DNA of 64,000 nucleotides, from positions 128,001-192,000 of the forward strand of contig CAWAKC010000010.1 in the NCBI GenBank assembly GCA_963782525.1, in the 5' to 3' direction. Shown one piece after another: positions 19,067 to 29,444 of the stretch (its first letter is position 1; each line of letters opens with the position of its first letter). Under the pieces are notes generated by a model. That model searched no databases and was not told the DNA's origin. It saw nothing but the letters and a program-made list of their open reading frames with translations. A program made the translations under genes and the position numbers. Source of the DNA: Candidatus Bathyarchaeota archaeon. Lineage in GTDB: Archaea; Thermoproteota; Bathyarchaeia; Bathyarchaeales; Bathycorpusculaceae.

Positions 19067-22000
19067 TTGAAAAAAAATGTAAAGTTTTACAAGTGCTTGA
19101 TAGTTATAACAGTGCTTGTTGTTTTGACCTGTTTTTCCTCTCTGCATAACTATATTTCAACTGTTTATGGAAGCACCAATCAGTCAACCCAAAAAATTTT
19201 TTTAGAAGAGCACTTCGGAAACGTTAGCTTAAGTGAGCATCCGATTACTACCTCAGAATTTTCAACCTTAAAAGGTAACGTTGGAGTTTACGAGCAAGGA
19301 AAAAACTATAACCAAATAGTTAATGGACATGGCACCGGATTTCAACCACCCACCGCTGAGGAGTGGAACGCGATCTCAGAAAACATTTACGTAGTTGACA
19401 ACGTAAGCTACTCAAGTTCTCCTTCCGCTGTTGACAATTCAAAATCGCAATATTTTCCACCTATCGGAAATCAAGGTGGCCAAGGATCTTGCGTAGCTTG
19501 GTCTGTAGGTTATTATATTACTACTTTTCAAGCGGCAAAAGAACATGGCTGGAATCTTACAGGTGCAACATGGGGTGGAAGTCAACCAGCAGTAAGTTAC
19601 CAAAACAGGATAATCAGTCCCGCATTTGTTTATAACTTAATTAATAATGGTCAGGACAGCGGCTCAACCTGGTATGATGCGATTCAACTGGTTTGTTTCA
19701 TTGGTGCAAGCTCTTGGATGAACATGCCCTACAATCAAAATGATTACATTTCTTGGCCTACGCAAGCAGCTTGGACTGAAGCTCCATTATATCGAGGTAG
19801 CAGCAATGGCTATCAATTCCTATCTCTTAGTGACGATACAGGCATCAATAACTTGAAAAACTGGTTAGCTTCAGGGAATTTGGCTACAATTGATGTTGAT
19901 GGAAACAAGTTTACTAATCTTTCAAGTAATGATGTTTGGACTTTAGATAATTATAACTCCCTTTCACCAAATCATGCAGGAACCGTTGTAGGCTACGACG
20001 ACAATTTTTCTTATGTTGAGTCAGGTCAAGTAAAATACGGAGCCTTTAAAATTGCTAATTCGTGGGGAGTTGGCAGTTGGGAACATGTCTCTGATGGATT
20101 TTATTGGATTTCTTATGCAGCAATGGAGCAGAGAGTACAATCGTGTTATTATTACTTTGATCAAAATAATTATCAACCTAATTTGTTAGCAACATTTAAT
20201 ATCAATGATAGTGCAAGAAGTAATTGCCTGATTACCATTGGTTTAGGAAACCCAAGTAACCCAATAACAACCAAATCCTTCAGCAATTACGTTTTTGGCG
20301 GAAATAAGCCTTTTTGCACAAACAACATTGTCATGGATGTAAGTGAGTTCAGTAGCTATGTGCCAAGCTTGTATAATCAAACATTTTTCTTAGAAGTATA
20401 TGATACCCAAGGAACCCAAACTAACGGTACCATAGTGTATTTTGCGATTGGAAACAGCACTGCTTTAGGTACCCCATGTCCAACTGTAAAGAATCAGAAC
20501 GTGTTTTTGAATGTAACTTACAATCCTCAATATCAATTAACGTTGTCAACTAACTACGGAACGGTTTCACCTGCGAGCGGCATGTTTAACGGGGGAACCA
20601 TTTTTAACATAGCTGCTACGCCACCGGCTTCTGGTTCTGGTGAGCGATATGTCTTTCTCGGATGGACTGGTACTGGGGTCGGTAGCTACACGGGTTTGGA
20701 TAACCCTGCTTCAATTACAATGAACTCTTACATAACCGAAACAGCCTCATGGACTAAACAGTATTACTTGACTGTGTCTTCAGCCTATGGTACTCCTGGC
20801 GGTTCGGGTTGGTACGATTCTGGCACTTCTGCGTATGCTTCCACCACGTTAACGGTGGCCGGTGCTGGAACTCAGCACATCTTTACATATTGGAGCGGTG
20901 ACGCTTCTGGCACTACTACAGCTTCATATGCCATTACTATGAATGCTCCAAAGATAGCCATCGCCAACTGGCAAACTCAGTACAACTTAACTATTGCTCA
21001 ATCTGGAGTCGGATCAGACTTCTCAGGCTCGATCATAACGGTGAATGGTACAAGTTATAACATAGCTGGCTTTACAACTTGGGCTAACTCAAGCGACGTC
21101 TTCTCATTTAGTTATGCACCTCAATTAGTAATTGCTGCAAACAGTAAACAGTACCTCCTCACGGGGGTGAGCGGTAACATCACTGCTTCATCCTTGACTG
21201 TTTCACAAGCTACAACTATAACGGGAGCTTACAAGACTCAATACTATTTGACTACGACTTCAACCCATGGTTCGCCCTCGCCCTTAAGCGGCTGGCTTGA
21301 TAACGGATCAAGCATAACCGAATTTGTTGGGACGCCAATTTCCAGTGGGTCAGGGAGTCAATATTCATGTTCAGGCTGGTCGGGCAGTGGCAGTGTTCCA
21401 ATCTCCGGCAATGCGTCTACTGTAACGTTCACGGTTAGCGCCCCTTCGACTATTACTTGGAACTGGTCCACTCAGTATTACTTGACGATTAATTCCGCAT
21501 ATGGTGTGCCTTCTGGAGGCGGATGGTATAACGCCGGTTCAACAGCTTACCCAACTCTCTCATCTGGAATCATACCAAATGGAACTGGAAGCCAGTACGT
21601 GTTTGTCTCTTGGAATATAGATGGAACTAACTACACTCAAGGAACCGGCATAATTATGAATTCACCCGAAACAGTTGCCGCTTCCTGGATGACTCAATAT
21701 TACTTGACTGTTAATAATGGTGGATTCGGGGCCACATCTGGTTCAGGTTGGTACAACAGTGACTCTTCTTCCCAAGTTACTGTATTATCTAACATAATGT
21801 CTGGCGGTTCAGGTACTCAATACGTTTTTTCAGGCTGGACGGGTGACGCTTCAGGTTCAGATTCAACATCCAATTCTATAACCATGAACTCTCCTAAGAT
21901 TGCCTCGGCTTCATGGACGACACAGTATCAGCTGACATTTGTTGTCATACCTTTAGTCGGTGGATCAACAACGCCAACAGGTAACAACATGTGGGTAGTT

Positions 22001-22417
22001 TCAGGTCCGCTTTCAATTAGTGTTGCGCCTAATTCGGGTTACACGTTTTCAGGATGGACAGCCGACAGTGGCTTCATAACTTTCGATAACTATAATTCCA
22101 TGTCTTCAACAGCAAATATCAATGGACCAGGCACAATCATGGCAAGCTTGACACAAAATCCTACGTCAACTCTAAGCCCCACGCCCACTCCAACCCCAAC
22201 TCTTACACCTACCCCAACACCCACTCTAACACCAACGCCTACCCCTTCACCTACAGTAACAACGACCCCAACTCTTCCATCTACCACTGCACCCCCTCAA
22301 GCTCCATCTTCAGTTCCCGAGTTTCCAACTTGGATCGCCATAGCATTAGTCATAGGTGTTGCCTTACTGTTCGTAGCTCTTAAGAAAAAAACAAGAACAG
22401 CAAAAGTTGAACAATAA
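19067..22417 (+). CDS. Cell-surface papain-family (C1A) cysteine peptidase with tandem beta-sandwich repeats, PT linker and PEF-CTERM sorting signal
   Basis: QGGQGSCVAWS (catalytic Cys), NHAGTVVGYDD (His), IANSWG (Asn); repeated QYYLTV...GSGWY...F.GW.GDA modules; VPEFPTW-TM-KKK terminus. Confidence 0.9.
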   Translation: MKKNVKFYKCLIVITVLVVLTCFSSLHNYISTVYGSTNQSTQKIFLEEHFGNVSLSEHPITTSEFSTLKGNVGVYEQGKNYNQIVNGHGTGFQPPTAEEWNAISENIYVVDNVSYSSSPSAVDNSKSQYFPPIGNQGGQGSCVAWSVGYYITTFQAAKEHGWNLTGATWGGSQPAVSYQNRIISPAFVYNLINNGQDSGSTWYDAIQLVCFIGASSWMNMPYNQNDYISWPTQAAWTEAPLYRGSSNGYQFLSLSDDTGINNLKNWLASGNLATIDVDGNKFTNLSSNDVWTLDNYNSLSPNHAGTVVGYDDNFSYVESGQVKYGAFKIANSWGVGSWEHVSDGFYWISYAAMEQRVQSCYYYFDQNNYQPNLLATFNINDSARSNCLITIGLGNPSNPITTKSFSNYVFGGNKPFCTNNIVMDVSEFSSYVPSLYNQTFFLEVYDTQGTQTNGTIVYFAIGNSTALGTPCPTVKNQNVFLNVTYNPQYQLTLSTNYGTVSPASGMFNGGTIFNIAATPPASGSGERYVFLGWTGTGVGSYTGLDNPASITMNSYITETASWTKQYYLTVSSAYGTPGGSGWYDSGTSAYASTTLTVAGAGTQHIFTYWSGDASGTTTASYAITMNAPKIAIANWQTQYNLTIAQSGVGSDFSGSIITVNGTSYNIAGFTTWANSSDVFSFSYAPQLVIAANSKQYLLTGVSGNITASSLTVSQATTITGAYKTQYYLTTTSTHGSPSPLSGWLDNGSSITEFVGTPISSGSGSQYSCSGWSGSGSVPISGNASTVTFTVSAPSTITWNWSTQYYLTINSAYGVPSGGGWYNAGSTAYPTLSSGIIPNGTGSQYVFVSWNIDGTNYTQGTGIIMNSPETVAASWMTQYYLTVNNGGFGATSGSGWYNSDSSSQVTVLSNIMSGGSGTQYVFSGWTGDASGSDSTSNSITMNSPKIASASWTTQYQLTFVVIPLVGGSTTPTGNNMWVVSGPLSISVAPNSGYTFSGWTADSGFITFDNYNSMSSTANINGPGTIMASLTQNPTSTLSPTPTPTPTLTPTPTPTLTPTPTPSPTVTTTPTLPSTTAPPQAPSSVPEFPTWIAIALVIGVALLFVALKKKTRTAKVEQ

Positions 22418-22494
22418 ACAGCCAAGATTGACAGCGAAAGGGGCACTTAACTGGTGAGTTAACTTAACTCGTCGATTTCTAAGAAGACGACTAC

Positions 22495-22794
22495 GTCGCA
22501 AGAAAACTGGGAAACCCAAGAATAGACCAAATAACCCTCCATACCTTCCGCCATTTCGGAGCCACAATGCTCTACCATAAAACCCGAAACATTCTGTACG
22601 TTCAACAACAGCTTGGCCACCGATGCATAGAAAACACAATGATTTACACTCAGCTAATCACCTTTGAAAGCGACGAATACAACACAGCCCTCGCCAAAAC
22701 AATTGACGAAGAAGAAAAACTGGTTAAAGCCGGCTTTGAGTTCGTTAGATTTAGCGACAAAGAAGAAATAGCCATTTACAGAAAAAGAAAATAA
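22495..22794 (+). pseudogene. C-terminal relic of a tyrosine recombinase/integrase
   Basis: VARKLGNPRIDQITLHTFRHFGATMLYHKTRNILYVQQQLGHRCIENTMIYTQL carries HxxR, LGH and the catalytic Tyr; the N-terminal part is missing. Confidence 0.85.
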
Positions 22795-22824
22795 AAAAAA
22801 GAGCCGAGGTTTAATCAGAAGTGT

Positions 22825-23223
22825 CTATGGTTTGAAGCAGTACCTTGGCCACTGAGGCCACTTCTGCGGAATATTGCAAGTGCTGAAATCCAAATTCAAT
22901 TCCATACCGATCTTTAGGTGCTCTTGAGTAGTGCCCTGTATCATTCCAGGAATTTTTAAGCCGTTTTCCAACTCCACAATGCCCACGGCGTACGGCGTTA
23001 AAGCTTGGAACTGTTCAGGTGCAATACTGATAACCGTGTAAGTTAGCAGTTTACCTTTTCCAGAAACCTCAACCCATTCAAACTGCTGTGAAAAACAGTT
23101 ATCGCACATCGGGCGAGGTGGTAGATGGATTTTTCCGCATTTAAGGCATTTCCCAGCCATCAGCTTTTGCTGCCCCAAAAACTTGTAGAACTGCTCAATC
23201 GTGAAAGGCGTTTGTGTACTCAT
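22825..23223 (-). CDS. DUF35 Zn-ribbon/OB-fold thiolase partner
   Basis: CLKCG...PPRPMCDNC, GKLLTYTVI, PYAVGIVELENG; overlaps the thiolase stop codon. Confidence 0.9.
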   Translation of the reverse strand: MSTQTPFTIEQFYKFLGQQKLMAGKCLKCGKIHLPPRPMCDNCFSQQFEWVEVSGKGKLLTYTVISIAPEQFQALTPYAVGIVELENGLKIPGMIQGTTQEHLKIGMELNLDFSTCNIPQKWPQWPRYCFKP

Positions 23224-24404
23224 TATTGTGGACTCCTGTAGATGTGAATTGCCGCCGTGGCTCCAGAGCCGCCGATGTTGTGGGTTAAGCCAACTTTAGC
23301 ATCCTTCACTTGGCGTTTACCCGCTTGTCCTGTTAGTTGAAGATACATTTCGTATGCTTGAGCGGTGCCCGTTGCGCCGACGGGGTGACCCTTGGCTTTC
23401 AAGCCGCCGCTGGTGTTAACTGGAATTTTTCCGCCGAGGCGTGTTGCACCGGTTTCGATGAATTTGCCGCTTTTGCCAGCTTCGCAGAAACCCAAGTCTT
23501 CGTATGCCATGAGTTCGGCAAAGGTGAAGCAATCATGAACTTCAGCGAGGTCTATACCTTCTGGTTTGACTTGCGCCATTTCGTAAGCTGTTTTCGCCGC
23601 CAGTTTTGTGGCCTTTAGTGAGGTGAGGCTTTTGCGTTCGTATAAGCCGATGGTGTCGCTGGCTTGTCCGCTGCCAACGATGTGGACCGGCTGGTCAGTG
23701 TATTTGCCAGCGAGCTCAGGTTTGGTTAAAATGATGCAGCTTGCACCGTCGGTTATCAGGGAGCAATCGTAGAGTTTGAGGGGCCACGCAACATACCTTG
23801 ACGCCATTACGGTCTCCAATGAAACCTCTTTTTGAATGTGAGCTTTAGGGTTCATGCTGCCGTGGTAATGATTTTTGACGGCTGCCAATGCAATCTGCTG
23901 CTCAGTGGTACCATAAGCATGCATGTGAGCCGTCGCCATCAACGCAAACAACCCTGGAAATGTGATGCCGTGCCACTGCTCAAACGGATAATCGGAAGCC
24001 ATAGCCAAATACTCGGTCACCTCAGCGGTAGTGCGATGAGTCATTTTTTCGACGCCGCCAACAACAACCACGTCAGCCAGACCAGAAAGAACAGCGTAAA
24101 TCCCCGAACGCAGTGCCACGCCTGAAGAAGCACATGCTGCCTCAGTTCTTGTCGCTGGGATACCAGTGAGTCCAGCCCAATCTGCAATGGCACTTCCAGT
24201 GTGCCCTTGATGTTCATAGGCTTCACCCATATGCCCGATAAACATGGCTTTTATGTCTTTTTTTGGCTCCAGCTTTGGACAGCGGCTAAACGCTTCATAT
24301 GCGGCTTCACTGAAAATTTCCCTTGCCAAAAAGCCTTCCCGTTTGCCGAATTTTGACATGCCAGCGCTGATTATGCTGACAAGCGGTTTCCCATTCAAAC
24401 CCAC
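23223..24404 (-). CDS. Thiolase (acetyl-CoA acyltransferase, archaeal/SCP-x type)
   Basis: EAACASS (catalytic Cys), EVHDCF, SGGLKAKGHPVGATG, HNIGG. Confidence 0.93.
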   Translation of the reverse strand: MGLNGKPLVSIISAGMSKFGKREGFLAREIFSEAAYEAFSRCPKLEPKKDIKAMFIGHMGEAYEHQGHTGSAIADWAGLTGIPATRTEAACASSGVALRSGIYAVLSGLADVVVVGGVEKMTHRTTAEVTEYLAMASDYPFEQWHGITFPGLFALMATAHMHAYGTTEQQIALAAVKNHYHGSMNPKAHIQKEVSLETVMASRYVAWPLKLYDCSLITDGASCIILTKPELAGKYTDQPVHIVGSGQASDTIGLYERKSLTSLKATKLAAKTAYEMAQVKPEGIDLAEVHDCFTFAELMAYEDLGFCEAGKSGKFIETGATRLGGKIPVNTSGGLKAKGHPVGATGTAQAYEMYLQLTGQAGKRQVKDAKVGLTHNIGGSGATAAIHIYRSPQ

Positions 24405-24577
24405 AGTACCTCTTTAATAGCTATACATTGATGCCAAGCCACAATAAAAACCTACAACCAAAAACAGGCCTCCTTTTCCACAAGGCAATTCAACGCAATA
24501 AGATTATCTTTCAGATTGCCACTCTATCGGTTGTCTATCTAACAAATTTTATAAGCGTCTTTACTCTCTGCCCATGT

Positions 24578-25111
24578 ATGCCTTGCTTTGTTGCTTTCTT
24601 AAGAGGAATTAACGTTGGCGGCCACGTAGTCGGTAAAGAGAAACTCCAAGAAGTATTCGCCTCGCTAGGTTTTCAGAATGTTTCAACTTATAAGCAGAGT
24701 GGAAACGTGATTTTTGAAACGAATTCAACGGACCCCCAAGAAATAAAAACCAAAATTGAAGAAAAACTTCGCAGCTCACTGGGTTTTGAAGTCGCCGTAG
24801 TAATACGCACAATTCCCCAACTCAACTGCATAATTGATCTTGACCCTTTTAAAGGTCAAACCAGTGAAGGCACAAGCTTTCTGGTCACTTTCCTCCCAAC
24901 AGCATTATCAGCTTTTCCCCTCCAGCTTCCACTAACCATTCCCAAATCAACAGCACAAGTAATATCCTCTAAGGGAGCCGAAGTTTTCAGTGTGACACAT
25001 GGAGGCGGAGAAGGCGCGTTGCCTAACCCTTTTTTAGAATCAAAGCTAAAGACGAAAGCAACTACACGAAACATGAATATTATTAGGCAAATCGTAGAAA
25101 AGTATAGTTAA
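24578..25111 (+). CDS. DUF1697-domain protein
   Basis: VAFLRGINVGG, VSTYKQSGNVIF and TTRNMN motifs; true start is probably ATG 24578. Confidence 0.85.
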   Translation: MPCFVAFLRGINVGGHVVGKEKLQEVFASLGFQNVSTYKQSGNVIFETNSTDPQEIKTKIEEKLRSSLGFEVAVVIRTIPQLNCIIDLDPFKGQTSEGTSFLVTFLPTALSAFPLQLPLTIPKSTAQVISSKGAEVFSVTHGGGEGALPNPFLESKLKTKATTRNMNIIRQIVEKYS

Positions 25112-25216
25112 ATTTTGGACTATTAAACAAACAACTGTTTTTTCTCAGATGATTATAGGTAAACAATTAACGCTTGGTATATTGAGGACCAGCAATATGG
25201 ACAAAGAAAGAAGAGT

Positions 25217-25957
25217 TTATTGCGGGGTTCCCCTAGTCCTATTCTTTATCCAGTCATGAGCAAAGATCTCCGCTTCCCCGCTCTCTATCCCTTCGACAAT
25301 TTTTTGCGCTACAAAATCCGCTGAGTCTGGCGGAAATGGACCGCTAGGTTCCAACTCGCTCTCAGAAACTGGGACGTCCCGGATGGTGTTTCGTTCAAAA
25401 TTGGTGAGCGTGATGTAGGGATAGACGACGCTAACAATTATTTTGTCATCTTTTAGTTCCTCTCTAGCGGTTAAAGTTAAGGTTGCTAATGCTCGTTTTA
25501 TGGAAGCGTATGGTGCATTGTTGGGTAGAGTCATTAATGCAACGGCAGAGCTTACGTTGATGATTGTGCCTCCGCCCTGCTTGCGCATTAGAGGGATAAC
25601 CTGTTGCATAGCTGCAAGCGGGCCGATCAAATCCAGGTCAAAAACATAGTGGTAAGTGTCAACGTCGATTTTTTCGGTTAAGGCGTCGTATCCGATGCCC
25701 GCATTGTTGACGAGGATGTCGATTTTGCCAAATCGGTCAGAAACCTCCTTAACCATACGTTTGACTTCAAAAACCTTAGACATGTCGGTTGCGACGGCTA
25801 TCGAGTTGGGCATTTCTTTTGCGAGTTTTTCCAATTTTTCTTTCGAACGTGAAACCAAAGCGACTTTCGCACCCATTTTAGAAAGCAGCTGGGCGGTCGA
25901 GAACCCTATCCCTGAAGATGCACCTGTAACAATTGCTGTTTTGTCTTTTACATTCAT
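25217..25957 (-). CDS. Short-chain dehydrogenase/reductase
   Basis: TGASSGIG, NNAG, YASIK (YxxxK). Confidence 0.92.
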   Translation of the reverse strand: MNVKDKTAIVTGASSGIGFSTAQLLSKMGAKVALVSRSKEKLEKLAKEMPNSIAVATDMSKVFEVKRMVKEVSDRFGKIDILVNNAGIGYDALTEKIDVDTYHYVFDLDLIGPLAAMQQVIPLMRKQGGGTIINVSSAVALMTLPNNAPYASIKRALATLTLTAREELKDDKIIVSVVYPYITLTNFERNTIRDVPVSESELEPSGPFPPDSADFVAQKIVEGIESGEAEIFAHDWIKNRTRGTPQ

Positions 25958-26110
25958 AAAAAAACCTTCAATTCCACTAGACAGACAACTATATGAGGTA
26001 TAAAAAATTTCTTCTCAGACTCAGCTATAGCTTCTGCCCCGTTTTTGCATAATTTCAAGTGGCATGTTCTTATAACTCCTTTTCAACAATTATCGCATTG
26101 GGATTAGGGT

Positions 26111-27088
26111 TTGCCAGGATTAAATGAGCCATTAAAAGTCAAGACTTACACGCTTAGAAACCGCATTGTACTTCCGCCCATGCAAACGGGAAGAGCAAGT
26201 TTTGAAGGCGCCGTAACCAATCGCCTCATTAACTTCTACGTTAAACGCTCAACCCACACAGGCTTACCCATCGTTGAACACTCCTATGTTTCGCCTGATG
26301 GCAAGATAGGACCCAAACAACTAGCAATCCACGATAACTCGGCAATAAGCGGTTTTGAAAAACTTGCAAACGCTCTCCACGAAGTCTGCGCCCCAGCGGT
26401 AGTCCAGATTTCCCATGCAGGCGCCGTAACCAACAAAAGAGTGATCGGCACCAAACCAGCAGGACCTTCCCCAAGAGACAAATCCCGCATGCTGGAAACA
26501 AACGAAATCTACGCAATAGCTGAAGATTTTGCTTTAGCCGCTGGACGCGTGGTTAAGGCTGGGTTTGATGGCGTTGAATTGCATGGAGCGCACGGTTACC
26601 TGCTAAACCAGTTCTATTCGCCCCTGTTCAATAGGCGCGAGGATGAGTTCGGCGGTTCCTTGGAAAAGCGGATGCGTTTTCCTCTTTTGGTTGTCGAAAA
26701 AGTTCGGGCGTGCCTTGGTAGTAGGCTTTTACTATACAGGTTAGGCTCGGACGATTTGGCTCCATATGGAACCCACATTGAAGATTCAATTATATTCGCC
26801 AAACAGCTTGAGGCTGCGGGCGTAGACATAATTGATGTGTCAGGAGGCATGTGTGGGAGTGAACCAAGGCAACTGCGGCAGGTAAAAGGCTATTTTGTCC
26901 CCCAGGCAAGCGAAATAAAAAAAGCAGTAAATGTGCCAGTTATCGGGGTTGGTGGAGTTGTTGAGGCTGAGTTTGCGGATAATCTTGTGAAGGAAGGAAA
27001 AGTTGACTTAGTGGCTGTGGGTAGGCAGTTTTGGCGTGATTCGCAATGGGCTGAAAATGCTTTAAACACTGAAAAACCGAAAATTTGA
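26111..27088 (+). CDS. NADH:flavin oxidoreductase (Old Yellow Enzyme family)
   Basis: LRNRIVLPPM, QISHAG, AGFDGVELHGAHGYLLNQFYSP, DLVAVGR. Confidence 0.92.
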   Translation: MPGLNEPLKVKTYTLRNRIVLPPMQTGRASFEGAVTNRLINFYVKRSTHTGLPIVEHSYVSPDGKIGPKQLAIHDNSAISGFEKLANALHEVCAPAVVQISHAGAVTNKRVIGTKPAGPSPRDKSRMLETNEIYAIAEDFALAAGRVVKAGFDGVELHGAHGYLLNQFYSPLFNRREDEFGGSLEKRMRFPLLVVEKVRACLGSRLLLYRLGSDDLAPYGTHIEDSIIFAKQLEAAGVDIIDVSGGMCGSEPRQLRQVKGYFVPQASEIKKAVNVPVIGVGGVVEAEFADNLVKEGKVDLVAVGRQFWRDSQWAENALNTEKPKI

Positions 27089-27225
27089 AAGTAGTTTTTG
27101 AGGGTTATCAAAACCCTTATTCTATAGAACTCTGTATAACTTCGGTACGAGGATGATACGCTTTTAGTCCCAAAAAAAGAGCTCCAAGAAACGCCAAAAA
27201 CCGAGGCAGAGGCATTGCTTACCCC

Positions 27226-27402
27226 ATGGAAGTTGGCGAAGAATTCGAAGTTGACGTTATAGATATGAGTCCAAACGGTGAAGGCATCGCTAAAATCAAA
27301 GGGTTTCCAGTCTTTATAAAAAACGCTAAGGCTAACGAACACGTGAAAATCAAGATAACCAACTTAATCAGTGGTTGTGCAGACGCAGAAGTCGTGCCCT
27401 AA
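27226..27402 (+). CDS. Single TRAM-domain protein (archaeal RNA chaperone/cold-shock type)
   Basis: Hand translation MEVGEEFEVDVIDMSPNGEGIAKIKGFPVFIKNAKANEHVKIKITNLISGCADAEVVP*; below the ORF-track cutoff; the real start may lie upstream. Confidence 0.85.
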   Translation: MEVGEEFEVDVIDMSPNGEGIAKIKGFPVFIKNAKANEHVKIKITNLISGCADAEVVP

Positions 27403-27634
27403 ACTTTCAAACTTTGTGGTTCACTAAGAACCAATATTTTCCCTGTTAAACCAATAATATTTTTTTAAAATCCGCTTTTATTCTTTTTCAGTTTTATTTT
27501 TATCCTTGTCTTTTCGGTTAGGAATTTTAGGTAAAGAACCATACAGTGCTGAGGCTCGTGCACGAATAATTTTTCGAGTTTCAACCGTTAGGGGCGATTG
27601 TGCAATCAGTTCATCGAGCTTCTTTTGTTTTTTT

Positions 27635-27841
27635 CTATTCTTCTTCGGGCTCTTGGGTCTCTTTTATTCTATCTAACCATTTGTATGTGGATGGGTTAAA
27701 TTGGAAGAGCCAATGCTTAGGCTGAGGCTTTTCAAATAGTAAAGTTCCACAGTTAACATCAGGGCAGAAACGACTTAACTTAAACTGTTCGGTGATTATC
27801 ATTTTTCCGCATTTTCTACAAACATACTCTACCTTTGCCAA
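27635..27841 (-). pseudogene. Zn-ribbon plus truncated EVE-like domain
   Basis: CRKC...CPDVNC Zn ribbon followed by WLFQFNP (EVE-like start), ending abruptly. Confidence 0.5.
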
Positions 27842-28121
27842 GATAATACCTCATTGCAGGGATATAAAAGCAAGTTAGCGATTTGTAGATTTAACGTTTA
27901 GGTAATAAAACTACTTAGTTCTATTGAACTGGTATTTTTTTGCATTAAGTGCTCAGTCGCAAAATTTAGGTGTATGTACTTAAGTACATAATATTATTCA
28001 CGTGAACCTTTAACCATTTTTTTTTTTTACCAATTATCCAAATCTTTAAATGTTTTTTAATTTCGCGATAAAAGTTTATTTTTTAGTAATAAGGTTTTAC
28101 AGTAGTCGAGCGATTGTAGAA

Positions 28122-29351
28122 TTGGCATCTAATAATGAAAGCGAAAAGCAAAATGCTAAGCAGCCTAAAATTGAATTTAATTTTCCAATTTTAATTGTCA
28201 GAACAAAACGGTTTGCAGCAATCTTCGAGAAGCTTGGGACTTTTCGCACGTCACGATATTTTTCGTGGATAAGCCTTGTACTTGTACCATTAGTTGCTGG
28301 AATCGCCCTCTACCTCTTGGTCAACAGCCTCATCGGTGTATTAGCTAATCCAGGAGTGGGTCAAGCAGTTCGGCAGTTGGGGCCAGGTTCAATTCTGTTG
28401 TTGCCCGGAATCAACCCTTTGCTTCCGATAGTCTATGGGTGGATTGCAATTGTAATCGCTATCGTGATTCATGAAGGCGCTCATGGAGTTATAGCCAGAA
28501 ATGTTGGGTTTAATGTTAAGTCGAGTGGTTTGCTGTTTTTCTTGTTTGTTCCCATAGGTGCTTTTGTTGATGTGGATGAAGAGCAAATAAAGAAAGCAAA
28601 AGCTCGCCCTGCTCTAAAAGTTATGGCGGGTGGAGTTGGTGCAAACATCGTTGTAGCAGCCGTATGTCTCTTAGGTGTCTTACTAGTTGTTGGCAGCTTA
28701 ACTCCCGCCATCGATGGTGTCTACATCAACGATGTCACCCGTGGACTGCCAGCGCAGACGGCTGGGCTAAGCCCAAAAGATGTCTTTGTTTCAATCGATA
28801 ATACAACAATCGACAATGCTACTCAGTTGAGAGCGATATTGGATGCTAAAACGGCTGGAGACACTATTCAGGTAACGGTGGCAAGGGGCGAGAACTGGCA
28901 GTATAGATTTTCCACAACAGTTAACCTAACTTCATCCGGTAACCGCACAATAATGGGAATAAGTAGCTATGATTTGTTTACTGAGCAACGCTTAGAAAGT
29001 TACAGAACCTTCTCGTTAGATCGTCTCTCTGTGTACTTGGTTCCTCCAACCTTGGCTTCTGGTCTAGTGCCCTTTTCTGATTTCTTAGCGCCTTTCTATT
29101 CAAGTCCGATACCTCAATGGCAAATATTTTCGAACAGTCTTTTTTGGATCTGGTTTGTCAACTTTAACCTTGCAATCTTCAATGCTTTACCAATATACCC
29201 CTTGGACGGAGGCAGAATCTTCGATATCACTTTGAAAAGGACTTTGGGTACGAGAATAAGCGGAAAAGCTATCCGTTCAATAACTATTGGGGCAACCGTC
29301 GCCTGTGTCATTCTTGTCTTGTTAGTTACTTTGTTACCTTTCATAATATAA
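28122..29351 (+). CDS. Site-2 protease (M50 family) with PDZ domain
   Basis: HEGAH (HExxH), IGAFVD, PDZ-like GLPAQTAGLSPKDVFVSID, FNALPIYPLDGG; ORF open from 28050. Confidence 0.92.
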   Translation: MASNNESEKQNAKQPKIEFNFPILIVRTKRFAAIFEKLGTFRTSRYFSWISLVLVPLVAGIALYLLVNSLIGVLANPGVGQAVRQLGPGSILLLPGINPLLPIVYGWIAIVIAIVIHEGAHGVIARNVGFNVKSSGLLFFLFVPIGAFVDVDEEQIKKAKARPALKVMAGGVGANIVVAAVCLLGVLLVVGSLTPAIDGVYINDVTRGLPAQTAGLSPKDVFVSIDNTTIDNATQLRAILDAKTAGDTIQVTVARGENWQYRFSTTVNLTSSGNRTIMGISSYDLFTEQRLESYRTFSLDRLSVYLVPPTLASGLVPFSDFLAPFYSSPIPQWQIFSNSLFWIWFVNFNLAIFNALPIYPLDGGRIFDITLKRTLGTRISGKAIRSITIGATVACVILVLLVTLLPFII

Positions 29352-29444
29352 CATCGATCTTGGCGAGTTCATTGTAAAATTCAAAGGATCAAACGGCAAA
29401 CGGCTAAGTATTTTGATTGATGCTTAGTTTGTAGCTATGAAACC

